From positions 384,001 through 448,000 of the forward strand of contig JBGASG010000001.1 in the NCBI GenBank assembly GCA_044229845.1: a DNA stretch of 64,000 nt. Direction: 5' to 3'. This DNA comes from Candidatus Obscuribacteraceae bacterium. GTDB lineage: Bacteria > Cyanobacteriota > Vampirovibrionia > Obscuribacterales > Obscuribacteraceae. The notes beneath the pieces were generated by a model. That model did not search any database and was not told where the DNA came from. It saw only the letters and a list, made by a program, of their open reading frames with translations. The translations under genes and the position numbers were made by a program. Shown one piece after another: positions 31,007 to 40,775 of this stretch. Positions within the stretch are counted from its first letter, which is position 1; every line of letters begins with the position of its first letter.

Positions 31007-31030
31007 TCTGGTAAAATTAGGTCACACCAT

Positions 31031-31106
31031 GCGGGTGTAGCTCAGTTGGTAGAGCGTCTGCTTCCCAAGCAGAAGGTCGCGAGTTCGAGACTCGTCCCCC
31101 GCTCCA
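31031..31106 (+). tRNA. tRNA-Gly(CCC)
   Basis: GCGGGTGTAGCTCAGTTGGTAGAGC, anticodon arm TCTGC-TTCCCAA-GCAGA, T-loop GTTCGAG, encoded CCA. Confidence 0.97.
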
Positions 31107-31372
31107 TTTCTTCTGAAGATCCAGTGCGCCTGGTAATCACAAAGTATTCGGTGAGCCAGAGCTTGATGCCGGGCGCCGTCTGCTAGCCTATTTGGAGGCA
31201 GTCACATTTGCCATGGCTGCTCAAAAAGCTGCGTGGGTTCGCGGGACTAAACGCCTCGCGAGCCAAAGCTAAACTTTGCCGAAGTACAGTGATGCTGGTG
31301 TGAGTGATTTGCAAACCGAGACAGGGAACGAAGTGTGTGAAATCGAAGGTCACTCGAGGAGGAGAGGCGGTT

Positions 31373-32353
31373 GTGATCAGGCAAGTAATCGGTGCGGTTT
31401 GCATCGCTCTGGCTGGATTGTTACCGATTGCCCAGGCACAAAACTACAGTCCGGGAGCGGTACCGGGAGCGGTACCAAGTGAACACTTTGGTGTCAACAC
31501 AGGTGGGGTCGGTGGCACCCCAAGCGGCATCCGAGCAAGAGGAAATCTTGCTTCACCAGATTATTTTCAGAGGCGGCAAGCTGCGGATGAGAACCAGCAA
31601 CAAAACATCCTAAATCTGACTGGGAAATACGGTCGCAAAAGAGCTAGCGAATACTTCCAGCAATGGCTCAACAAGCGCCACGGCACTGTAGCTGAACCTG
31701 GTCCCGCGCCAGAACCTGCTCCGGCGCCGAAAATACCGGAGGGAATGGTGTTTATGGGCGCAGGCGGCGCGTGGCCGCCAGGTGATGGTGGACCGGGAGA
31801 TAGGCCACCGGATCGAGTCTATGAAGATCCCGAGACTGGCGACATTGTCTGCATTTGGTACAGACCGGGCAAACCACCGATCGTGCTCAGAACGCCTGCC
31901 TACGACCCACTGGTAATCGAAGTCTTCTTTCCCAACGGCATGGCTACTCCGGGCTGGCTTGAACACCAGATTGCTACCTCGCCTGAATATTACATCCGAA
32001 TGCGAATTGACGAACTGAGGAGGCAACTTGGAGCAGCAGCAGGCTGGGTGACTATTTCTGTAGCCGTTATAAGAGGCAAGGATAAGGACGGAAAAGTCCG
32101 TTATTTTGTTGTTGTCAGCTCAAGTGAGGGGAGAGAATCGCTGAAAAAGATTACTCTCAACCCGTGGGAAACCTTTGTGGGCAACGGACAGGGTGACGCC
32201 GAACAGCAGATTGTTGGTGCGACCGCAAACCGTGGAGTAGAAGTTACTTCGATTGGAGCTACTCGGCCAATCTGTACGAAATGCCAGGGAACGATCTTGA
32301 GCGCACCGCACAGTCGTTTCGTGAGGCTGGCGACGCCAACGGTACAGAACTAA
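31373..32353 (+). CDS. secreted protein with C-terminal deaminase-like toxin domain
   Basis: GGAGAGG SD and GTG start; signal peptide; GDAEQ...IGATRPICTKC motif. Confidence 0.7.
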   Translation: MIRQVIGAVCIALAGLLPIAQAQNYSPGAVPGAVPSEHFGVNTGGVGGTPSGIRARGNLASPDYFQRRQAADENQQQNILNLTGKYGRKRASEYFQQWLNKRHGTVAEPGPAPEPAPAPKIPEGMVFMGAGGAWPPGDGGPGDRPPDRVYEDPETGDIVCIWYRPGKPPIVLRTPAYDPLVIEVFFPNGMATPGWLEHQIATSPEYYIRMRIDELRRQLGAAAGWVTISVAVIRGKDKDGKVRYFVVVSSSEGRESLKKITLNPWETFVGNGQGDAEQQIVGATANRGVEVTSIGATRPICTKCQGTILSAPHSRFVRLATPTVQN

Positions 32354-32498
32354 AATCTCTTCGAGAGTATTTCTCCCACGCTATGGGACGCAGGCACGCA
32401 GTGCAGGAAAGGTTTTGAGAGGAGACCCTCGGTAGAATGTGGACCGTGGAGCGTCTGTGGGAGAAGGTGTTCTCGAAGTAAGCACGACCATCGCAGAA

Positions 32499-33263
32499 TC
32501 AGTAGCTGACGAATCCGCCGCCGGGTAGGCTGACATATCCGGACCCGCCGCTGGAGTTGCCGGCACTAAATCTGGTGCTCCAGAAACCGTCTCCGCCACC
32601 GCCACCATTTCCGCCGCCACCGCCACCACTGCGAGATTGTGCTTGCGCGCTGGCGAACAAGTTGATCACGGGCGATGCATTGCCTTCGTAACCCGCATTT
32701 CCACTTGCGTCAAGCCAGTAATGACCGCGCGCAATCGGCACACCGGCGAGTTGGCTGAGGACATAGACTTCGCGAGTGGTCACGTTTCTGCCGTTGATGT
32801 AGATTCCGGTGGTTCCGCGTGAGGCATTGGGTGCAAGTGGTCCGAGATTGTGTCCCGGATACATAAATCCCGACGCAGCCCAGCCAATCTTGCCGTACAA
32901 CCCACTCTTGGCGTCGTACCAATACTTGCCTGCGCGAGCCTTAACCTTATATAGCGCTTGCAGTTCCGCCAGCTCTGCGCGAGTCAGTGCGCGACCATTG
33001 AAGATGACGTCGGTCAATTCAAGAGAAACATCAGCAGGTGCTGGGGCCGGACGCTGTGTTGTTTCTTCCTGAACTGGTGCTGCTCCAGGGTTTTGGGTTT
33101 GTTGGTTTACCGGCGCCGGGGACGGTGCTGGGACCGGTACCGGTTGCTTGTCGACTGCTCCGGTTTCGAACTCGTCTTCGAGCGTGCCGGCGCTAACCGG
33201 CACGTTTCCTGCCAGTCCCATTCCAATCCATATAAGTGCCGCAATAATGCTTGGCTTCAACAT
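32499..33263 (-). CDS. secreted protein with XLG/EDR4-like domain
   Basis: Signal peptide; NG..L...EL, G.YWYD..SGL.G, AS.G.TG.YINGR motifs. Confidence 0.75.
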   Translation of the reverse strand: MLKPSIIAALIWIGMGLAGNVPVSAGTLEDEFETGAVDKQPVPVPAPSPAPVNQQTQNPGAAPVQEETTQRPAPAPADVSLELTDVIFNGRALTRAELAELQALYKVKARAGKYWYDAKSGLYGKIGWAASGFMYPGHNLGPLAPNASRGTTGIYINGRNVTTREVYVLSQLAGVPIARGHYWLDASGNAGYEGNASPVINLFASAQAQSRSGGGGGGNGGGGGDGFWSTRFSAGNSSGGSGYVSLPGGGFVSY

Positions 33264-33477
33264 CCATCATTACCGTATGCGTTGGGGTAAACCGAGTTTC
33301 CCTTTTCTATGGAGATCCTACACGAGAAATTCACAAGTCGTTCCGGTATCGTTCCGCGTCGCTGTTTTACATTGTGAACGTCCCCACCCCATATCCCGCA
33401 ACTACACGAAGATACGCGCCAGAGGCGCTATAGCTCCGCGCTTCGTGCATCCCAATCGATAAATAGGAAGGTTTCCA

Positions 33478-33891
33478 ATGTCAGAACACAACGTCGATCA
33501 TATTCAAATGAAGGAAAAGACGGATGGTGCCAAGATCGTAGACGCGATCGCGGCTGGGGATACAAACCGTCTGCAAGACGCGGTCAACGGATTGACCCCG
33601 GAAGAATTGAAACAAGTCTATGTCCAGATCAACCAGGAGAACGCCGCACGCCAGGCTCACGGACTCTTACCAGTTACTGTTATCGTCAACGATCAAGACC
33701 ATGACGGCAGAATTGATGTTACTGGTACGAATACCAAGACGGGTTTGACCATCGGTGCCGAAGGCAAGTCTGCGTTCCAGATGGCGATCGAGGAAGTAAT
33801 CCTCGATGACAAAAGCGCCAAGACTGCCGGAGGTGGTGTGGGTGGAAAATTCGAAGCCAGTGGCATCGGCGGTGGTGCCAAGGCTAGATAG
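33478..33891 (+). CDS. hypothetical protein
   Basis: 137-aa ORF with AGGAAGG SD; DQDHDGRID EF-hand-like loop. Confidence 0.7.
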   Translation: MSEHNVDHIQMKEKTDGAKIVDAIAAGDTNRLQDAVNGLTPEELKQVYVQINQENAARQAHGLLPVTVIVNDQDHDGRIDVTGTNTKTGLTIGAEGKSAFQMAIEEVILDDKSAKTAGGGVGGKFEASGIGGGAKAR

Positions 33892-33961
33892 ATAGGTTTG
33901 GTTAGCGAGTTCGAATGCTGCGTGGTATGCGAGCCGCGCAGCTTCGTTCTTTTGCGCAGAC

Positions 33962-35518
33962 TTACCAGATATTGAGGATGGCTCGGATTGCTACGGCGGT
34001 GAATGCAACGCTGAACATGAAGAGAAGAAACTTTGTGCGCGGTCGCCCCAATTTGGCTGACAGCAACCAACAGCATGCGGCGATGATGGCGCTGCTGCCG
34101 ATCAAGATGTAGATGCTGAATCTGTTTTGACCGGAGATGATGACGCCGCTAATGTTTCCCAAAGCCGGCGGTTTGTTTCCTGTTACCAATGCTATAGGCA
34201 TCAAGTTGCCCTTGCCGTCGACGCCGAACTCAGCTACCCGATGCGAATTGCCAGATCCGGCACGTAGTTCGAAGGCCGTGCCAGGCAAACTGCCTTTCCA
34301 GAAGCTTGCCGACAAAGCTTTTTGCATCGCACTATCGAGGTTGGAGCCGGTCGATGCTATTTGGCGTGTGGCTTCGATCTTATTGGAAAAAGGATTGTAG
34401 TATGAGCCGCCGCCGCCATGATTAGCCAGAGTGAGCAGTTCGCGTGCCAGGCGGCTTTCGCGCGACGCGTTGTCCAAATAGAAATTTCCTCGACTGTCGA
34501 GGAGACCATATTCGGCTGCACGAAACCATTCATTGCGCCGCGACAATGAAGCCCACCAGATTTGTGGCATATTGGTCAGGCTGTCGATGAGCAGCGGTAC
34601 TTCTTTAACTGTTTTCGGAGTTTTGATTTCTGCTGTGTTGTCAAAGTCTGTCAGCACGTGGATCGGATTATGGAGAGCTGTGTAATCTCTCCGTGAGTGC
34701 GTCGTTGCGGAGGTCGGCAACTGCGCGTTGTCCAGAATTGCACCGGAGTTATTTGCGACGCTCTCAGTCATTTGCGAGTTGGACGGTTTTCCCTTCGTCA
34801 GAGTGTTGATCTGGTCACGCACGCTGACACCGCGAGTAGTGGCGGTGGTGAATACCAGCCAACACGTTCCTGCCATGATGACCAGCAAGACAAACGGCAT
34901 AGCCGCCCACGTTGCGTCGAAACAAACCCGCACGAATCCGCTCAACACGTCCTTCTTCAGTCGGCTCGCTTTCTTCTTGCGTTCAAGTTGATCCAGCACG
35001 CCATCACGTAGCTTGTCCAGTTTCTTCTTGTCGATCTCGACGGTGCTGCGATCAACATTGGCGCCGGCGTTTTCATTAAGGCGCATTTCTGCGGACAAGA
35101 GGAGAGTGGAGCGCCAGCGATTTTGATAATCGGCTTCGCTATCCGTTTCCAAGATTGAGAGCGCGCCGATTGTTCGTTCAATCTTGAAGAGCAGATTCAT
35201 GCAGCCTTCGCTGGTTCGTTCTTCAAATCTGGAACGCGCCGTCAGGCATTGCTCATAGCGGTTGAGCGCCTCCGGCAACTCACGCTTGCCGACCAACACG
35301 TCGGACTGCAACTCGAAGCACTCTGCTCGCAACGACTGTGCTTCGGGAGACCGATCTGGTGCCAGCAGACCCAATACTTTCTTGGCTAGTTCCTCAGCGG
35401 CATCGTAATCATGAGTTTGGCACTTTTCGCGACCTCGGCGCAGTGATGCGCGAGCGAGGTCTTGCATGGAATTCGATTCGGATGGCGTTTCTTTGACGCT
35501 GGCGCTGGTGTCACTCAC
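33962..35518 (-). CDS. TPR-containing membrane protein
   Basis: N-terminal TPR helices, central TM, periplasmic region, two C-terminal TMs; overlaps upstream gene. Confidence 0.7.
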   Translation of the reverse strand: MSDTSASVKETPSESNSMQDLARASLRRGREKCQTHDYDAAEELAKKVLGLLAPDRSPEAQSLRAECFELQSDVLVGKRELPEALNRYEQCLTARSRFEERTSEGCMNLLFKIERTIGALSILETDSEADYQNRWRSTLLLSAEMRLNENAGANVDRSTVEIDKKKLDKLRDGVLDQLERKKKASRLKKDVLSGFVRVCFDATWAAMPFVLLVIMAGTCWLVFTTATTRGVSVRDQINTLTKGKPSNSQMTESVANNSGAILDNAQLPTSATTHSRRDYTALHNPIHVLTDFDNTAEIKTPKTVKEVPLLIDSLTNMPQIWWASLSRRNEWFRAAEYGLLDSRGNFYLDNASRESRLARELLTLANHGGGGSYYNPFSNKIEATRQIASTGSNLDSAMQKALSASFWKGSLPGTAFELRAGSGNSHRVAEFGVDGKGNLMPIALVTGNKPPALGNISGVIISGQNRFSIYILIGSSAIIAACCWLLSAKLGRPRTKFLLFMFSVAFTAVAIRAILNIW

Positions 35519-36449
35519 GTGCTTCCAATCCTATGCGTCTGAAGATCTCTTCCATGGGCTCATCGGAGCGCAACGCCATTGTGCCGCTCTGCCAGTTGAG
35601 GATGCCGTCGTTCACCAGCTTTTGCACTTCCAGTCCGCGTTCGATCGTTTCGTTGTTCACCAACCCTTCTTCAACCAGAATCTGTCCGAAACGCCGTCCC
35701 TGAATACGCCCCTGCTCAACTGCTTTCAGAAGCTGTTTCGCGGTGATCAAATCGGCGCCCAGCAGCAGTGAGCCGAGCATGGTCATCAGCGGCTTGATGT
35801 CACGCTCCTGGCGGGTTGCCGCGATGGCGTCATCGAGACTCTCGTTACTCGCATAGACGCGCTTCAGAGCAGGAACTGCCACTTCCCATGGCAGCGAATC
35901 AGTCATCAACAAATTCTCGACTGTCAAACATGTGTCCGCGAGTTGTTCGGTGATCGCTCGCCGTTCGATCAACGCGTTCATGATCGGCAGACCGTGCGGA
36001 CAGCAAAGTGTGTAGAGTTGCTCGCAGTCCGCCTTGGTAATGATCTCCGCAGAAACAAGCAGCTTCGTCAGCGTACGGGTGTGTTCGAAATAGCTGAGGT
36101 TCCAATCCGTCTTCGACAGGGCTTCTTCAAAATTGATGTTGTCGCGCATCACTATCCGCAACGCGCGCACGGCGGTGTCCACCGGCAGCAGCATGTCGTT
36201 CATGAGCACCAGGCTCAATATTGATGCGCGAATTAATTTGGGGTCGATCGCACCAGAGCGATAGAGAAACTCGCCCGCCGTGGTACCGTGCTCCGACGCA
36301 TAGAGAGAAAGCGGCGCCAGGTGGTCAGGATCGAGCAGCTGGGCGCGCAGCAATATATCGCAAATCGAGGCGAACTTGGCAAACATAACCCTGATATGCC
36401 CAGCTTGGTCCGCCCATATGCAAATAGATGGCTCGTTGGGACGAGCCAT
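35511..36449 (-). CDS. tandem MshEN-like repeat protein
   Basis: LGSLLLGADLITAKQLLKAVEQG...RRFGQILVEEGLV...IERGLEVQ plus degenerate copies. Confidence 0.75.
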   Translation of the reverse strand: MARPNEPSICIWADQAGHIRVMFAKFASICDILLRAQLLDPDHLAPLSLYASEHGTTAGEFLYRSGAIDPKLIRASILSLVLMNDMLLPVDTAVRALRIVMRDNINFEEALSKTDWNLSYFEHTRTLTKLLVSAEIITKADCEQLYTLCCPHGLPIMNALIERRAITEQLADTCLTVENLLMTDSLPWEVAVPALKRVYASNESLDDAIAATRQERDIKPLMTMLGSLLLGADLITAKQLLKAVEQGRIQGRRFGQILVEEGLVNNETIERGLEVQKLVNDGILNWQSGTMALRSDEPMEEIFRRIGLEARE

Positions 36450-36497
36450 CTATCGCTGGTTCAGGTTTTAGGAGGAGGAGAAGAAAAAGTTTCTGGA

Positions 36498-37277
36498 CTA
36501 GATGGACAGTCCGCCGTCGACGTTGATCGTCTGTCCGGTGATCCAACCGGCTTCGTCTGTTGCAACGAAGGCGACGACGTTGGCGATGTCATCTGATTCG
36601 CCGAGGCGGCCCAGCGGCGTCTTGGCGATCATCTGCTGTTTGACGTTTTCGTCGAGCGCCTGCAGAAGCATTTCGGTGGCGGTGGTGCCCGGTGCGACTG
36701 CGTTGACGGTGATTTTGCGCGCTCCCAGTTCGTTGCCCCAGATGCGAGTCAAAGTTTCGAGCGCCGACTTCGCGGCGGAGTAGACGCTGGCACCAGGCAT
36801 GGTGGCTTTGGCTGCTCCCGAGGAGATATTGATGATGCGTCCGCCTTCCTGAATGTGCGGCAGAGCAGCGATGGTTGTGGCTACCACTCCTTTGAGGTTG
36901 ACGTTGAAAACGCGGTCGTAGTGCGCTAAGTCGATTTGTTCAAGCGGCTTCGCTTCCCAGATGGCGGCGTTGTTGACGAGAATGTCGATTTTGCCGAATT
37001 CTTTGACGACCTGTTCGACGAGTTGGCGCGCTTCATTTTCGACGGCAACGTTGGCTTTGAATGTCTTGGCGGTGGTTCCGAGTTCGGCGATCGATGCGGC
37101 GACATCCTCTGCGGCATCCTTACTATTTGAGTAGTTGACTGCGATGATTGCGCCTTCGGCGGCCAGTTTGCGCGCAATCGCGGCGCCGATGCCGCGCGAG
37201 CTGCCCGTCACGAGGGCGACTTTGCCTTGCAATTTCTGGGTGTTGGTCTTGTTGGGTAGTGTTTGTGTAGCGGTCAT
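36498..37277 (-). CDS. short-chain dehydrogenase/reductase
   Basis: TGSSRGIG, NNA, YSAAK, VAPG motifs. Confidence 0.95.
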   Translation of the reverse strand: MTATQTLPNKTNTQKLQGKVALVTGSSRGIGAAIARKLAAEGAIIAVNYSNSKDAAEDVAASIAELGTTAKTFKANVAVENEARQLVEQVVKEFGKIDILVNNAAIWEAKPLEQIDLAHYDRVFNVNLKGVVATTIAALPHIQEGGRIINISSGAAKATMPGASVYSAAKSALETLTRIWGNELGARKITVNAVAPGTTATEMLLQALDENVKQQMIAKTPLGRLGESDDIANVVAFVATDEAGWITGQTINVDGGLSI

Positions 37278-37702
37278 GTTGATGGGCTCCATTCTTTGTG
37301 TTGGTGTTGTCTTCGCGTTTAAAGCTTGTTCTTCAGCCGAGAAATCTGGCTTGCTGGTGGCGGATTAGTGTGCGGTCGGGCGTCACAATCTCTGCTAGCG
37401 GCAGAGCCGTGTGTGGAGTCTGTGTCAGTCCGTAGAGAACGGTCATCAGCGAGAGGAATGCGTTGCTGACCTTGGATGCGTTGCGAGTGCACCGCTTTAT
37501 AATAGACCGGTCATCTACGCATGCCCACCAAAAAAGACCGTAGGAGAGGGCTGTATTGGTGGATGTGTTTGATGTTTCGGGTTGGTGCAGTTCCATATGC
37601 GAGTGCCTTGGCTGCAATAACTGCCTGGGGCGCGTATCGATGAGTTCGGCTATTGCGTTCATTGGGCTGTCCCTTCGGAGGTGGGAGTCGATGCATTCAT
37701 AG

Positions 37703-37718
37703 TAGACCGGTCGGTCTA
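37703..37718. promoter_or_regulatory. TetR/NemR-type operator palindrome
   Basis: TAGACC-GGTC-GGTCTA; degenerate second copy TAGACCGGTCATCTA at 37503-37517, upstream of the SDR. Confidence 0.6.
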
Positions 37719-37937
37719 ATTTGGTCAAGCACCCCATAAAAGTTTCTTGCAAACACCCAGAGCTAGCTCCAGTGCGGAAGAAACCTCGCAAGCCGCCGGC
37801 GAAGTCCCAGTCTGAAGCCGCACAAGAGCTTCTTGGCAACAACACTTCTGTTGAAACCTCCTAAGGGACGATCAGGCACCCTCCCCGAACTTGCGGCGGG
37901 CGCGAATAGTCTGATACCGTCCCTGGTGCGCGCGCAC

Positions 37938-38603
37938 TTATGGTTGAAGCTGCGCACGCAGTTTCTCCCTAATGGTTTCCAGAATGTAGGTGAGTGGTAG
38001 AGCACCAGGTTCTGCTTCTCCGTCGGCAGCGAATTTCTCTACTTGTATATAGTGCCGATCGAGTAAGCGCCGGCGCTCCTCTTCTGTCTGTGCCGGCAAG
38101 TGAAACCCGAGCCAAAAGAACTTTTCCATCGTGCCGCGAGCGTGCGGTTCATTGTCGTCGAGCAACACGAAGACCTCAGGACACTGCACCTGCCTGTCAT
38201 AATCCAGCCCGCACACATTGTGGAACATCGACAACAAGCCAATCGCCCGCAGCGCATCGCGCTGAAAAGAAGTCTTGCCCAACGTCAGGCATACCAACTG
38301 ATAGTCACGCGAGAGCTCGGTCACCAGTTCTTTCGCACCGGGACGCAGCAGCGTCGCCGCATTGAATATCCCATGACGAAAGCGGGCGCGCCCTTCGGGA
38401 GCCTGCCGCTCCCACCACTTCAAAAACGTGGTGTGCGCGAGCGTGTGGTCGAAATCGATAAAGACGGTGGCACGGTTCACGTCACCATTTTGATTGATTT
38501 GCGCCGAATGCTCCAGTTTCTTCAAGCGCTCGCAAACTTCGACTTTAGGATGTTCGCAAGAGGATAGAATGAAGTGACATGAAACCCCGGAACCTTCCCG
38601 CAT
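37938..38603 (-). CDS. HAD-superfamily phosphatase-like protein (start uncertain)
   Basis: VFIDFDHTL (DxD), LRPGA.EL, VLLDD motifs. Confidence 0.75.
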   Translation of the reverse strand: MREGSGVSCHFILSSCEHPKVEVCERLKKLEHSAQINQNGDVNRATVFIDFDHTLAHTTFLKWWERQAPEGRARFRHGIFNAATLLRPGAKELVTELSRDYQLVCLTLGKTSFQRDALRAIGLLSMFHNVCGLDYDRQVQCPEVFVLLDDNEPHARGTMEKFFWLGFHLPAQTEEERRRLLDRHYIQVEKFAADGEAEPGALPLTYILETIREKLRAQLQP

Positions 38604-38663
38604 GACGTTTTACTGGTACTTTGAATCCTGCTCCGAACGCAAGTTCCAACTCGGGAGCCCCCG

Positions 38664-39902
38664 ATGAGTTGGATCAGCAAGTTCTTGGGCTTGAAACCGA
38701 GCGTCGAAGAGTTCGTAGAGATCGCCAAGTCATCGCTGGCAGCGACGTCGGAACCAGGTCAAACAATCAGCTATAACAAAGACCAGTTTACGCTTACGGT
38801 GCACCGAGCGGACGGGACTGTGGCGCAGGTGTTTCATCTGCACAATGCTTATGACGAGTACTGTGCCTCGCCGCGCGCCAATCGCCCGAACGTGCTGGAA
38901 TCCTACCTGCATCCCATGCAGGAGTTGCCGGATACGCTTGCCGAAGCCATGCCGAATATTTTGCCGCGTGTGCAGCGTCGCAGTTTCTATGTAGACATGC
39001 CGATGTTGGCCGGTCTGAATGTGATTACCGGCCCTTCTGAGCCGGACATGCTGCACATGCCGTTTCGCGTGCTTGCCGAACATTATGCGGTGGGCCTGAT
39101 TTACGACACTCCTAAACAGATTCTGCAGATCAGCCAGCACCATTGCGGACTGTGGAAGTCCGATCTGGATTCGATCTATCCGCAAGCGATGAAGAATCTG
39201 GAGAACCTGACGCCGAATCCTTTTGTACAAGTGCACGACGGTGTGTACATAGCCGGCTATGCCGACACGCACGACGCCACCAGAATGCTGCTCATCGATC
39301 GCATCAAAGAATGCAAATTGATCGGGCGTCCGGTCGCTATGGTGCCCAACCGCAACACGCTGATCATCACCGGCGAAAGCGATCCGGACGGCATCGAATT
39401 GATGCTCAGTCTCACCGAAGACGCGCTCAAGGAGCCGCGCCCTATGCTGGCGATACCTATGGTGCTGCTCGACAGCGAGTGGCGCGAGTTGGTGTTGCGC
39501 CCCGATCATCCGCATCGGCACATATTTGAGGAACTGCGTATCTCGTCCCTGGCGGACATTTATGCTGGACAGAAAGAACTGCTGGAACGCCAGCACGAAA
39601 AGGACAACATCGATATCTTTGTGGCGTCCTACAAAGCCGTGCAGAAAGCAGACACTAAGGAAATCGCGTCATTCGCCGCGTGGACTGAAGGTGTGACGAC
39701 ACTTTTGCCGAAGACGAACCTGTTGACCTTTGTGCGGGTCGAGGGCGACCAGGGCGATGTGGTCTGCTCGGTGGAGTGGGACTGGGCTCAGAAAGTTGTG
39801 GGTTCGTTGATGAAACCACAGGGCATTTACCCTGAGCGCTGGCTGGTGGACTCGTTCCCGAATGCCGCGCAGATTGAGGAATTGAAGCGCTACGCCAAGT
39901 AG
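38664..39902 (+). CDS. DUF1444-like hypothetical protein
   Basis: L.NAY.EY, ILPRV, A..NL, D..DATR.L, VAMVPNRNTLII pattern. Confidence 0.7.
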   Translation: MSWISKFLGLKPSVEEFVEIAKSSLAATSEPGQTISYNKDQFTLTVHRADGTVAQVFHLHNAYDEYCASPRANRPNVLESYLHPMQELPDTLAEAMPNILPRVQRRSFYVDMPMLAGLNVITGPSEPDMLHMPFRVLAEHYAVGLIYDTPKQILQISQHHCGLWKSDLDSIYPQAMKNLENLTPNPFVQVHDGVYIAGYADTHDATRMLLIDRIKECKLIGRPVAMVPNRNTLIITGESDPDGIELMLSLTEDALKEPRPMLAIPMVLLDSEWRELVLRPDHPHRHIFEELRISSLADIYAGQKELLERQHEKDNIDIFVASYKAVQKADTKEIASFAAWTEGVTTLLPKTNLLTFVRVEGDQGDVVCSVEWDWAQKVVGSLMKPQGIYPERWLVDSFPNAAQIEELKRYAK

Positions 39903-40454
39903 AGCACTATTCCATACGAGTGTTCTTCGTAGTTTTCGGCGAAGTGTCCTCAGTCAGTCCGGACAATTCGAGAGTGCCGAACGTCTCGTTGATGCTTGCG
40001 ACATCGAACTTGCGCCATGTATCGCGCTCTGGACAGTCTGACGGCTTGCTGACGATGGGACCGCCTGTCCAGCATTGATAAAGAATGGACAGTTCATTTA
40101 CAGAGTTTGGTTTTTCGCCCGAGTGTCTGATTTCCATTTGGTGAGTCCTCACTGGTGGTGGGTGGCGAACGAGGATTTGATGCTCCAACACTAGCCGCCG
40201 CAGATAACATGAACGTGACAGACCACACAACCGTAGACATCGAGTCGTGTGTGTTGCAGGATCAGCACATTTTCGGGACTTGCGTGCGCAGTTTTCGAGT
40301 TTGAGCCCCGGTTTTAATGTCAAAGTGCTCACAGACTTGCTCGAAATGTGCTCATTACGCAACTCCTAGAACATGCGCCTCATCTGCTGGTTCAGGCGGA
40401 GCACGGCTGGGCACATTTTCGTTATCAGGTCTCGCCCCCGAACAGGTGGAATGT

Positions 40455-40775
40455 ATGGACGACGAGAGATATTTTGCGGGATGCGCATTGCAAGCTTTGA
40501 TCGCGCTCAATCATGGTGACTCGCCTGAGAAGATCGCGAAACAGGCCGTAGCCTATGCGATTGCGATGAAACAAGAACTGGATGCGCGCCGCGGTGGCAG
40601 CCCGTCTCCGTTCGCCGGCGCCCCGGCTCCTGTCGCCAAAGCCGCCGTCTCGGAAGAACCGAATCCGTTTGCGAAGCCGGCTTTGAAGCCCACCGAGCCT
40701 AAGAAATTGACGGAGACGGAGATGGCGAAGGACGCGCTCCTCGAAGAGTACCGCAAGAACAACCCGCGCCGTTAA
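40455..40775 (+). CDS. hypothetical protein
   Basis: YFAGCALQALI...A..A..YA.AM helical motif also seen in small phage proteins. Confidence 0.65.
   Translation: MDDERYFAGCALQALIALNHGDSPEKIAKQAVAYAIAMKQELDARRGGSPSPFAGAPAPVAKAAVSEEPNPFAKPALKPTEPKKLTETEMAKDALLEEYRKNNPRR

Noticed and set aside
39907..40362. 151-aa minus-strand ORF
   Set aside because: Atypical composition, no recognisable motif or SD; not supportable as a gene.
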